This document shows positions 1 through 11,093 of a stretch of 64,000 nt of DNA, piece after piece. A program made the translations under genes and the position numbers. Source of the stretch: Neoechinorhynchus agilis (Eukaryota; Animalia; Acanthocephala); the NCBI GenBank assembly GCA_051530055.1, contig CM121342.1, forward strand, positions 1,150,797 through 1,214,796. Direction: 5' to 3'. Below the pieces are notes generated by a model. That model saw nothing but the letters and a program-made list of their open reading frames with translations, ran no database searches and had not been told where the DNA came from. Numbering within the stretch: position 1 is the first letter of the stretch; the number at the start of each line of letters is the position of its first letter.

Positions 1-129
1 AAAAGCAATCGTTCCAAGCCGCAAACTTTTTTTGCGGCTTTAAATGGTGTTTTTTTTGTGGATCTCAAAATAATCAAGTAGTGATCATCATCATACCATG
101 TCTTGGATTATTTTCGGGGGAAAAGATAT

Positions 130-365
130 TTTCTTTTTCTTAGTGTTATCATTCCGGATTTAAATTCATTAATTTATTTCCCCGGTATTTCACTTCGGAT
201 AATTCCGACATTATCAAGGTTCGTCATTGCTTGTAAGTTTTTAAATATCTGAAACTTTCAACCAATGACAAACCTTGTGGAAATGTCGGAATTATCCGAG
301 AGGTGAAATACCGGGGAAATAAATTAGTGAATTTAAATCAGGGGTGGCAAAACTATGAAAAAGAA
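130..365. repeat. Long imperfect palindrome (foldback element), core arms 157-230 and 268-339
   Basis: gatttaaattcattaatttatttccccggtatttcacttcggataattccgac... is mirrored by ...gtcggaattatccgagaggtgaaataccggggaaataaattagtgaatttaaatc; weaker arm similarity continues out to about 130 and 365. Confidence 0.85.
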
Positions 366-2080
366 AGTAACGATCATCAATTGAGAAAATGTTCCCTTTG
401 AGATTATCTCAACGCCGTAGAAATGCAGCCAATGCTTTTTCTAAAAATGCACTCTTTTTAAAATGGTGATTTTGAAGACGCTGAGAATTAAAAGGCACGT
501 TGAACGATTTTGATCGGAAATTGTGTACAAAAACGCCTTTTAAATTTTTTTCGATAGTAGACATTTACAATGACCGCGATTGTTTTAGATAATTTTGAAC
601 ACTTTTATAAGGTTTTCGTAAAAATATTATAACATTTATATACATATCTAAATGGGTTTGGGTTTTAAGGAACAAGAATATTTTGCTTATAGAAAAAATG
701 GAATGATTTGTGCTTAGAACGGATAAATGCATTATATTTATTGTTTTTGTCTTCGACTGGCGAGGTATGTTTTATTTGATGGGTTTCGAACCTTTTCAAG
801 TTATCGCATTCAGTAAAGATCAAATCAAAAGTTCTGAATTCGAAGTGCTGGATTATAGGTAAGTTCAAATACTTAGATTTAAAAATTTTTCTTAAGAAAT
901 TAACCGTGAAATCTTACATCAATATGTCTGATCAAGATTTTCTAAACATCAAATTTACGTGAACATCTATTTGATTTTCTTCGAAAATGCAAATAAACCT
1001 GATGATGTTTTTTATCATTTTTTTCCGATATTTTATTTTTTCCAGCATGAATCCTTTTTTCAGGGGCATGCAATAGCTTTTAAAGCTCAAGAGTAGGTTT
1101 TCCATAATCTAGATTTGATTTTTTGTCGATATCAAAACTCAGCAATTCGACGGTGCTAAGAGCGGCAAAGTAAGAATTTTACGTGATACCATGCTTTAAA
1201 AACTTATAACTTCGCCCTTTAACTTTCCGTAGATATTTTAACGCTTGTGCCTTATTTAAGGCGGAGACTTTTAAAATGGAATTTATTTGTAACGTAGAAA
1301 AACCTTTTAAACATCTCCCATAAAACATGCAAAAGGATTCCGCTAAAATTAGTAAAATTTCCTAAAAGCTCTCGTTGACGTTTCAGATCCTTTCTAAATG
1401 TAGTCACTTTTTTTCATTTTTAGCACCATTCGTCCTAGGAAATAAATTTAAATGCACGTTTTTAAATTGAGTATGGAATAATTTTTATGGGAAATTGCTC
1501 GAGATATAGAGAAGCGATTTATATTTCACAAGCACTCAAAAACGTACATGGGAATTCCTTTTTAAAGACGAAGTGGTTAAAATCTTAAATGTTTATATTA
1601 GTGGAGACTTCATCCAAAAATCGACAATGAACAAACCTGTCGATATTTATGTTCGTTGTATGGGGATTTTCGGATCCTTTGACAAATTCTTAATTCAATT
1701 GCGACACTTATTGGTAGTGCGAATGCTGCTACTAAAAATTTTCCTATTCATCTTTTAAAATAACATTCCGTGCACTCTTTTTAGTTGAGTAGTTGCTCAA
1801 AAATCGTGTTTTAACATCTCGAGTAATTTCCTATAATAATTATTCCATGCATTTTTTTGTATGTTGTGCACATTTTATAAATGAAATATTTCTAAAAGCG
1901 ACTACTCAAACTTTCCAATTAATCACTAAACACATCTCGACGAGCCAATTAGTATGACTTTAATTCAAATCTGATGAGTATAGCAACATCCGTATCGCAG
2001 CAATGCTTCTTAGGAGTATGTATATTTTTGACTTTTATTTAGTCGCATAGAAAATTTTTTAGTGTTATTTTTTAACTTTT

Positions 2081-2177
2081 CTAGGTTTTACAATAATAAA
2101 GCACAAAACGTGCAATCACCACAGTCCGCAAAATTGGAGCTTCTCGCCATTTTGTGCTTTATTGTTGTAAAACCTAG
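2081..2177. repeat. Short hairpin formed by an inverted duplication of a CRE-element 3' UTR tip
   Basis: Arms ctaggttttacaataataaagcacaaaa / ttttgtgctttattgttgtaaaacctag; the minus strand matches the CRE 3' UTR at ~38200-38270 and ~21820-21890. Confidence 0.7.
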
Positions 2178-2441
2178 AAAAGCTAAAAAAATTACACCAA
2201 AAGAAATTAGAAAATCTGCCTCGAAATTTGAATTTCTGAAGGATAATAAATGCCGTAATAACTCTTAAATTAAAATGTGGGTATTAAGTTTCAAGCCAAT
2301 TAAAAAATCTAATGGATTATTTGCTTTAATAGGCGTGAAATTAATTCAATATCTTTAACCGTGATACTTTTCCACAACGTTCGTTGGTAGATAAATTCAT
2401 TTGATATTCTAATGCACGATAAAAAATTTCCAAGCTTTTAG

Positions 2442-3245
2442 ATGATCCTGGAATTCATCATACTTACGATTACAACTGCTCGATCCAAACTGATCACCGT
2501 TGACAATCTCTGGGAGTGTCAAATCGGTGGCTCAACTGAAGTATACGTATCCAGTGAAGATTTCGGAAAATTTAAGACAATCGAATGGCGCCGAGGTGGC
2601 GTGTCAATAACTCCTAATCACAAGCACTTTAATATAACCACTGACCCAAATGGTAGTCGATTGACAATCCAGCGGGTGGTGAGTGTAGATTTTGAAATCA
2701 AGAAATGGGTTTTCGCTGGCATTGAGTCGAATGGTCGAGAAACAACCCACGATTTTGGACCGATTAGGCAACTTCCATCTGTCGAGGGATTCATCATCGA
2801 TAATAATCCTACTGTAATTAGAGATTCAATAGATAAACGGGCGATGTCACCTCTAAAAGTCCAATGCAAGATCAGCGTCCCTGTAATTGAGAAAAACAAA
2901 GTACTTATTTCGTGGCTCTTTAGGCAAGAAGGAGCTGATGATTACATCCCGATTTTCGAAAACTTGACTACGACGTCTTACGTGAACGATACTTTGAATT
3001 TTGATAGCCTTAGTCGAGAAAATCGTGGGCATTATGATTGCCAAATGCAATATGAAACACTGAATTCTTCAATTGTGGCTTTCCTTCGCGTGAAAAACAA
3101 ATATGCAGCATTATGGCCGTTTTTAATAAGTTTGCTCGAAATAGTCGTCTTGGCTCTGCTGGTATTTAGATCTGATCGAAGGGAAACATTAGATGCTGAT
3201 CTTACTTCCGAAAGTGCAAAGGAGTCCTTAGTAAAGAAAAATTGA
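2442..3245 (+). CDS. BSG: Basigin/neuroplastin-like Ig-domain single-pass membrane protein (267 aa, intronless)
   Basis: Hydrophobic N-terminus; Ig domain with C..W..LxF..L..ENRGHYDC; juxtamembrane/TM motif LRVKNKYAALWPFLISLLEIVVL matching basigin RVR..LAALWPFLGIVAEV, including the intramembrane Glu. Confidence 0.8.
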   Translation: MILEFIILTITTARSKLITVDNLWECQIGGSTEVYVSSEDFGKFKTIEWRRGGVSITPNHKHFNITTDPNGSRLTIQRVVSVDFEIKKWVFAGIESNGRETTHDFGPIRQLPSVEGFIIDNNPTVIRDSIDKRAMSPLKVQCKISVPVIEKNKVLISWLFRQEGADDYIPIFENLTTTSYVNDTLNFDSLSRENRGHYDCQMQYETLNSSIVAFLRVKNKYAALWPFLISLLEIVVLALLVFRSDRRETLDADLTSESAKESLVKKN

Positions 3246-3364
3246 ACGATTTAGCTATGTGTTGAATAAAAGTTTGTTCGTTGTCCTTTAAAGACGCGCA
3301 TTCGTTGCCATGTAAACGTTTTATACGTTCTTCGTACTTTACGTTGTATGTAAAGATCTGCAAT

Positions 3365-3847
3365 ATGAACTCAACGGAAAATCCTCTTGTTTCCGTAAAT
3401 ATTCCATCAGGATCCGTACGAAGTCGAAGTTCAGTTAAAAGTAATACAACAAAGGAACCAAGCAGTCATTTTGCTTCTTCGGATGGATATTACAGTCCGC
3501 AAAATTTGCAAACTTTGGAACCCATACGGGAAAGTACTTCAGGATATCATGAAAGCGAAAAATCAACAACCGATGCCATAACGGTATCAATCAATCGCTT
3601 AGTGGATGATCTAAAAGGAGACGTTGAAGGTAGAGTTAGTTCAAATTCCCACGAGATTCGATATGGATCTAATTTGGTGTCAATTACTAAATGTTGTAGA
3701 GGCTCTTCGGTTTTGAGCAAATATGAGGATAAGCTGGAAAGCTCGGGCACGGGAATCGACAATGTTTATGATTTAAATAATGTTAAAAGGGCGGGCTGTG
3801 TAAGAATTGGTTGCAAGTGCAAATGCCGTTTAAAGAATTTGCAATAA
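3365..3847 (+). CDS. Hypothetical Ser-rich protein (~160 aa) with a Cys-rich C-terminus
   Basis: Open frame from ATG 3365 (MNSTENPLVS...) ending GCVRIGCKCKCRLKNLQ; GC content above the flanks; no recognised domain. Confidence 0.45.
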   Translation: MNSTENPLVSVNIPSGSVRSRSSVKSNTTKEPSSHFASSDGYYSPQNLQTLEPIRESTSGYHESEKSTTDAITVSINRLVDDLKGDVEGRVSSNSHEIRYGSNLVSITKCCRGSSVLSKYEDKLESSGTGIDNVYDLNNVKRAGCVRIGCKCKCRLKNLQ

Positions 3848-4689
3848 ATTGAACACTTAAGCCACATTTACGTGATTTTGAAGAATTAACGTAATGTCAA
3901 TTAAACAATCGTTATCTGATATTTTAAACTGTATCATTATTTCAATTTAAAGTAAAACGTTAATTGCAATTTATCTTCTTAAAACCCAATAAAAAAATTG
4001 CGTTTATTGATTTTCACTCCGTACGACCAACGTTTAACGCAATAAGTCTAATTCCGACCCGATTAACTACTCTATGATCCTAATTGGTTAAACAAACTTA
4101 GTTTACGAAAACAAACGTAAAAGAGAACTATTTAGTGAGACTACATTAGATAATATCCGGAAATTCCTCTTAATTAAAAGCACAACTTTAGCGGACACAA
4201 AAACGTAGTAGTTAAAAAATTCTTAGCTTTCACTGTCATTTTTTCTAGAAGTGAGTGATTTATGAGCGTCATATGTTTAAACATTTGAATGGTTAAGCGC
4301 ATTTCCTTCTTATGTCGCTTAAAGAATAATAGTTTCGAGAAAATGAAAGTTTTAATGTTGTCAGGTTAGTTAAAAATAGAGCGAAAAATAATAAAACTCG
4401 CATCCGAAGGTATTCTTTTTCTTTTGAGTTCAGCAATAGAACCACGAAAAATGGTCGTCTGTGACACTTACGTTGTACGTATATCCAATGCATTCGCGAT
4501 TGATTGGGTTTTTTTATCTACAGGGCGATATGTCATTTACTGGTGCTCATTACGACTTTACTTCAAAGCTGTATGGATGCAAAGAGGAGCAGGATTACAG
4601 TAAAAGCCATTGTTGAGGAAAAATTTTAAGTATTAAATCTAGTATTATTGATTAGTCATGATTGCTGTTGGAGGATAAAAATTAGTGTA

Positions 4690-4985
4690 AACTAGGTTAT
4701 CCACGCAGGACTGAATTTATCGCATAGTACATCGATTTCGGTTAGGGAAGCCGGTGTGTACATCTCCGTCCGGATCCTCAGATACCTCCCGATGAGGCAG
4801 GATTCATCAGTGAATTTCCGCCTCCCTTCAACAGTATTACGTCCTTTTTGGTTATGAGTCATCGGCAGAAATTGACATTTAACCCTTTGACCCAAACGGG
4901 AATTAAGAGCTCTAGTCCACTGGACCACCTCGGCACAACTACGGAATGTACAAACTTCTTCGTCACTTTTGTCTGGTGCCAGCTT
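4690..4985 (-). mobile_element. Copy of a short interspersed element with an internal tRNA-like segment
   Basis: Shares core tgatgaatcc..cctcatcgggaggtatctgaggatccggacggagatgtac with 5009-5208 and 32548-32825; minus strand contains GCCGAGGTGGTCCAGTGGACTAGAGC (A-box/D-arm-like). Confidence 0.65.
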
Positions 4986-5008
4986 TCAATTTTATTTAGC
5001 GTATACGT

Positions 5009-5208
5009 GACTCAGCCGGTCAATGATGAGTCCCGCCTCATCGGGAGGTATCTGAGGATCCGGACGGAGATGTACAAACCCATTACCGTACGGTCATGGG
5101 TATTTAGCACAGACCAGCGCTTCCCAGACCAAAATCGGTGGCTATGTGCTCAAATTCAGCCGTGTATGGATACCTTAATTTACACGGACAAATGTAACCG
5201 GCTGAGCC
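5009..5208 (+). mobile_element. MITE-like copy of the same family with inverted termini
   Basis: Left end gactcagccggtca and right end ggacaaatgtaaccggctgagcc; near-identical to 32660-32825. Confidence 0.65.
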
Positions 5209-5622
5209 CCGCAGAAAACAAGAATATTCTGATGCTATTTGTACTTTAAAGCAACTAAGAAATCAATTCTTTTTCGAAAATATTGCCTTTTATTTTAGCG
5301 ATAGCTGAACATAACAGCAATTTTAGTGAATTTGGGTTTGATGAACAAAGAAGTGCTGTCGAATTGTGTTTTAGTTAAACTTCATCTATTCCTGAAACCA
5401 AGATCTATTTGTTCTCTCTCGAATGTGCATGAGGACCCAAAGGTACATGGCTCCTCTTCATTGTGACTTTCTAATAAAACGTGTTATTATTACTGTCGTT
5501 TTGATCATTATAACGATTTTCCCCGTTCAAGCAAAAATTACGCTCATAAGGATGAAATCCTTAAGAAGAGATTCATTACTAAAAATCGCTAATTTTATAT
5601 TAACATGCATCATTGAATTTTT

Positions 5623-7805
5623 TTACAATCTTCGGAAATCACATTTCATAAATCGGTAGAACGCCCTTTTGAACTGTTGATTAGCTAAAGCATAACATAA
5701 CGGATTGACAGGACTATTTAGATAGCACATATAATAAAACAGCAAGTATACATGGTTGAGTGCTTTACTGTGTTGGCAGATTGAACAGAAGTTATAAATA
5801 ATCGAGTATACATGCCAAGGAGTCCAACAAATAACGAATGCACCCAGGATGATAGTTATGGTTCTTAATGATTTCGCTGCTTTTCGCCGTCTTTTCGTTT
5901 TATGTTTGGATACGTTCCGTGGGAGATTTCGCAGCAACAAAGATTCCACTGGAAACGGAGAAGCCACAGCAGATGATTTTATATCTGCGTGCTCATGCTT
6001 CTTAAGAGGCGATCGAATGCAGCATAATGAAAAACGTGATTGCTTAACAGACTTCGGGGGTGGTTCGAGCTGATGTTCATTGTCCTTAGTTGGTTCATCT
6101 CCGTAATAAACACATTCTCAGCTGGCATACGCGACTATTAAAAGTATCTTACCCTCTAAATTGTTGACTAGCGTATAAATATTAACGGTTGATTTTTACG
6201 GTTCTAAAAAACGTAAATAAACATCATAATTTTTCTAGAGTATTTTTTGAAGGGTCATTAATAATATCCATCGGTCCACCACGTGTACTATCCTGAATAT
6301 CATGAAGACTTAATGAGGCATCTAAGTTCGAGTTAGCAGAAAGTGAATATTCATGAATATTGTTCCGTTTTATGTCGAATGACTGATTCTGCAAATCAGT
6401 ATTAAAATTAAATCTAAAAATAGCGGACTAAAATTTTTAAACAAAAGAATAATGCTAAAACATTGAGTTCGAAATCAAAATTTGCCTAATAGAATTCGTG
6501 ATTATCGAAAAAAATTCGGCGAAAAACAAAAATAAATTAAAGTCGTTCTATGTCATCTAATTCTTGGCAAAAATCGCTACGGTATACTATTTTCTCTTAT
6601 CTAAAATTAAATAATATTTAAAACAATATCGTTAGGCCAAACTAAAAACGCCAGGACGATGTGAAACTCTATTCCCTTAGTTGCTGCAAAGTGGAACACT
6701 TGCAAATTACCGTTGTCCTGGGTGCAAAGTGCCAAGCTGCAATAAGTTCTATACTTTAAAATGTGCATTTCTAAAGTGACAAATCTCCAACCGAACTAAG
6801 CTCAGAGATTGTGTTTTGGTGGGAAGTTGAAGACGAAGATTCCTCGTAATTGTTTGAAGAACTTTGATTAACACAAGCAGGCAGTTTTGCTGACCGATTG
6901 AAAGTAATAGCAGCGATGCTTTTCATTGTCCTATCGGACGATTCGACAAGCGAAGCCATTCGTTTCGCCTTATCTCGGGACTTTTTTTCCAAATTAGACG
7001 CTATTCGATATATTTGAACATATAGAACAATCATGACCAGTAGCGTGACCCAAAAATATGCGAGAGTGAGAAATAAATTAAAGTATTTGTTTTCCTTCCA
7101 TCGAACGTCACAAACCCCTGTTTCCGGATCAAGATTTTCCTTTTTTTCTTTACTGAACTTGGGATAGAGGAAAGTAGCACCAAAGAATATAAGACTGGGC
7201 ACTGCCCAGGATGCGCAAATAGCTAACTGAACACGTCGCCTTGTTCTGAGTCGTCTATATTTAGCAGGGATTTTAACAGAGCAATATCGATCTATCGTAA
7301 TAAATAGAACTGTCCATATACTAATGAGGCATTTGGCAGATTTCTCAACTAAAGATTTTGAGACATCTGCCTTTAATGTATAATCAACAGATAACCATAA
7401 ATCACAACAGAAAGTATTGAAGGGCCATCGTTGATTAGCGTAGATATAGGCCGTTAGGAACGGGATAGAGAATGTTCCAATGAAGAAATCACTAACTCCG
7501 AGTGAGCAGAGAAAGAGATTTGACGGTTGTCTGATTTGTCGATCAAGATAGAAGGCGAGAATGACAAAGACGTTACCGAGTGTCGTGGTGATACTGATGA
7601 GAACATTGATGGCGACAATGAAGTTTTTGAGGAAACATGAACCTAGATAATGTTCCTTGCAGTTATTTGCATGTAGATCCACAACCTCTTGAAACGATCC
7701 AGAATCCTTGAAAGGTACTTTTGTGGACAGAGAGACAAAGTCGAAAAACCATTTCTCGTTTTCAAAGTCCCGTATGAAATTTCCTGTGAAACTAGAGTTT
7801 TTCAT
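5623..7805 (-). CDS. mAChR-B: Muscarinic acetylcholine receptor, B-type (GPCR); exon structure of intracellular loop 3 (5968-6770) unresolved
   Basis: GNVFVILAFYLDRQIRQPSNLFLCSLGVSDFFIG, CDLWLSVDYT, ITIDRYCSVKIPAKYR, KAAKSLRTITIILGAFVICWTPWHV, YYMCYLNSPVNPLCYALANQQFKRAF are hallmark B-type mAChR segments. Confidence 0.9.
7332..7373 (-). other. 42-nt in-frame hairpin insertion in mAChR TM3 (candidate non-canonical intron)
   Basis: AAGGCAGATGTCTCAAAATCTTTAGTTGAGAAATCTGCCAAA encodes KADVSKSLVEKSAK between conserved DYTL and CLIS; 14-bp inverted repeat with one mismatch. Confidence 0.75.
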
Positions 7806-9975
7806 TGCTTCGTTTGCTGTCTTGATAGGCCAGAAGATTAGTACATTGCTCCAACATGGATTTTATCGACTATAAACAGAAGAGGACATTTGGAAAAGAT
7901 AAGATTTTTCACTATATCAAACATGCACACAAGAAAAGTCGAGATCGTCAGTATTTGTGCAAAAGCTGGAAAGTAGTCATTTAAAGTGCTATAGAGCACT
8001 AATGATGTTGCCATATCTACAACCAAACAGCAAAATCCCGCCTAGAATGTCATTTCGCGCTGAAAATTCATTGATAACCTGCCTTAATTGTTGACAGATT
8101 CCTTTTGGGGAGAAGCTTTCTGTTGGTGAAAAGGAAGGTGAAAAGTGTCATTTTTTATTGTGCTTTATTCTACACGCCACAATTACATAGTACAATAGAG
8201 AAAGCAAAAACCAAAATTGGATATTGAAAAGCGAGGAAGTGGGTGTATACGAATGAGAAATTTCATCGTTCGGACTGTTGCGCTTTATGCTTTGAAAGAG
8301 AGCGAAACAAAATTTGATAGTTTTTGGTTAGGTTGTGCGGAGTGGCGGAGCTGCCTAACGAACGGAAGATTGAAATAGATTCTAAGGCAGGCAGAGAAGG
8401 GATGTATGGAGGGAAAAGCATATTAAGAATGCAAATTGCGACTCCTATTTCTTGAAAGCAGACAAAAAATATGATTTTGTCAGTTATTATTTCTCATGTC
8501 ACATAATACTTTATTAAGGCTCTATGTGTTCAATTTTCACTGATGGGTTCTCTTGGGACTATTTGAGATTGTCATAATCAAGATTAATCAAGCAATCAAC
8601 GGACTTGATGCTCTTCAAACAAACGCGCTTGCTCTGTCACTGCGCTCGAGCAAAATGAAGCATTGCTCGTGGCATATAAAAACTGAGCGAAACCCGTATC
8701 AAGTTAAAATTACATTGTGTTAATATTCGAAGCGCAGTGCACTGGCAGCGTTCGATTTTTTCCGGCCCGACTTACCTTCCCCTCAAGCGTGAACGTAGCT
8801 TGGTATGCTATTTTTCTCAATATATACAGACGAAAGCGTTGAAGATATATAATGTTAAATCAATTTATCACTCACACAGCTCTATATGTCCCAAAATCTT
8901 ACCTCATTAACGAGAAGACTTAAACTCTTTTAGCTGATATGACAAGCCGGAGGAATACCGAATGCCTGTGCAATAGTTTTTCGGCGTAGTTCTTGTTTTA
9001 AATTAGATAACGCCGGTCCGCTTCCCAGGGTGTTGTAATATATAGAGGGAAAACACGAGATCAATTATTAGTCAAAGACTTATACGAGCTCACTTAACAA
9101 TAGTACACCCGTTGGCGGATGGAAGCTACAATGAAACAATGATAATATGAGTGTGGATGAAAGTACAACGACGTGTAATTTAATCATAAAGGCAAAACAG
9201 AAGATTACAAGTGCTGAACCGAATCATGCCCCCTAAAAGCTAAAAGATCATCGACATAAACAATCTGGAGCTGGTTGGTGGCATTTTAGAAGACTTTAGG
9301 TGTCAGACATGGCGTGTCAATCATTTTTGCTGGATATGATCGACATTTATTCGAAATCAGGATCGATAAACGCGAAAATGGCAGACATCTGAAGCTTATC
9401 AAGAAACTACATGGCACGGACGTTTCTGAAGCAAGTGAGTTGAATGCGCTGAAGCTCCAAATATACTTAATTCTCTAAATTAACCACTAGATTTTGGATA
9501 AACAACCTTTAATAGAAATTCTATCTTAAGTAATTCCTCTTTGTGAAAAAAATAAAAGGGATTCATTAAACTAATCTTGAATGCGCCATGCTGAAATTAT
9601 AACAGTGAGAAGGTAGCAATAAAATACAATATTGAATATTTTAAATACCATGTCGTACAGTATAACTTTAAAACTTTTCTCTGTTTCACAATTGTCAATA
9701 CATTTACTTCCAATTTTATTCAAATAAAAATACAGAATTTGTGGCTTTGTACACTGTAACCACAGTGAAACAATTTGAAAAGAATTAAGATATTTATACT
9801 TGATTTTAAAATATCCGCTTTCTAGAGCAGAAATGTTAAAGGCTTTTCAAAAAATTAAAAGTAAAATATTAAATGCACGTGTGGAAAAAATTGTATGCAA
9901 CAACAAATGCTTCATTGTTCACATAGGGAAAATCTATAGTTTTTCGCGGATCTTTTTTTATCAATAAACACTTTT

Positions 9976-10211
9976 ATATTCTTGTTGTGCGAATCAAACA
10001 CTGAGACTCATTTTTATTGTTTAATATTTCGTGGACAAAATCCACCTCGTCAGACATTGTTTTCGAATTCGAAGAAAAATTCGAATTTTTCTTCGAAAAT
10101 AATGTCTGACGAGGTGGAGTTTGTCCACGAAATATTAAGCAATAAAAATGAGTCTCGGTGTTTGATCTGCACAGCAAGAATATCTTTCCACCCGAATGTG
10201 ATCTTGCATGA
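9976..10211. mobile_element. Palindromic dual-hammerhead element (inverted PLE pLTR-like) flanked by a 17-bp direct repeat
   Basis: Arms of ~100 bp (9976-10183); both arms read CTGACGA-G-GTGGA-loop-TCCAC-GAAA-TATT followed by AATAAA; aataaacacttttatat at 9963-9979 and 10212-10228. Confidence 0.75.
10101..10140 (+). ncRNA. Minimal type I hammerhead ribozyme core (stem I shortened); mirror copy on the minus strand at 10019-10058
   Basis: CTGACGA, 5-bp stem II GTGGA/TCCAC, GAAA, palindromic stem III ATAT, AUU triplet; stem I 3' strand appears to have lost ~3 nt. Confidence 0.6.
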
Positions 10212-11093
10212 AATAAACACTTTTATATGACGGAAAGCAACGATGAACTTTTTTCTAGAATAAAATTTTCACACTTCTTGAAACTCTAATGTACACTTAA
10301 AACGCATTTCACCCACTCTGTCTCCGCTTGTACTTCAATTCACCAATAAATTCATCGTCAGTAATGAAGCTTGACTAAGAATCCTAATCTCTCTTGAGAA
10401 TACGAAATTGATCCAAGGGGAATAGACTTCATCTCTACAGGAAGTTCTTGAGGCCAAGTAGACGATTGTGTAATCGGAAAGCGACAAATGAGACGTAAAT
10501 AGAAATCAAAAGGGGTGATTTTAAATGCCTGAGATTTACAAACTTACCAACTTTTCTGTGGAATACCTGATTTGACGCGATTCTCATTCGGTATTAATAG
10601 ATATTCTTCACTTATATACATGTCTCAAATGCGCCACGGATTTGGTCGTTGTAATGTGAAAACAACAGTTTCCCTGGATACATACCGTAAAGTGGTATTT
10701 CTTCACACGCAAGCACCTTTCGATGACAGTTCCTTTTTCGCGAACGCCGAATGTCGACCTTTAGCCTTTATTTCATGTAAACTCATGAGTGATCTTTATA
10801 TTATTGGCAACGTTCATGATGGATCGTAATATAAAAGCGGTTCCGGTCAATTTTTACCAATACCCACTAGATGTTTTTCATAAGATAATTCCAGTAATTA
10901 AAGCATGTCTTCCATTTTCATGATCTGTAATTATTTCGCCAAAAACATTCAAGATGGTTCGTGCGATATGCCGATCGAGTCAATATTTATTATGAAAAAC
11001 GAGTAACTTCAGAATATTTTTTGAAATCTGAATTATACCATACGATAAATTTCCACATTTTTCACAAAGTTTTTATACCAAGCTTTGAGAGAT

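Noticed and set aside
5022-5075. TGATGA-GTCC...GGAC resembling a hammerhead (or a box C/D snoRNA) in the TIR/tRNA-like element
   Set aside because: All three copies have GGAG instead of the essential GAAA, with no stem I/III or cleavage triplet; the snoRNA reading lacks a terminal stem and the sequence is a dispersed repeat.
7300-7400. Canonical intron explanation for the mAChR TM3 insertion
   Set aside because: The available GT..AG spans (40, 44, 45 nt; GC..AG 22 nt) cause frameshifts or remove the conserved Asp-Tyr.
7838-8026. 62-aa ORF just upstream of mAChR
   Set aside because: Starts at TTG, has no recognisable motif, and is probably 5' UTR sequence; at most a uORF.
9974-10230. Near-identical ORFs on both strands
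   Set aside because: Artefact of the palindrome.
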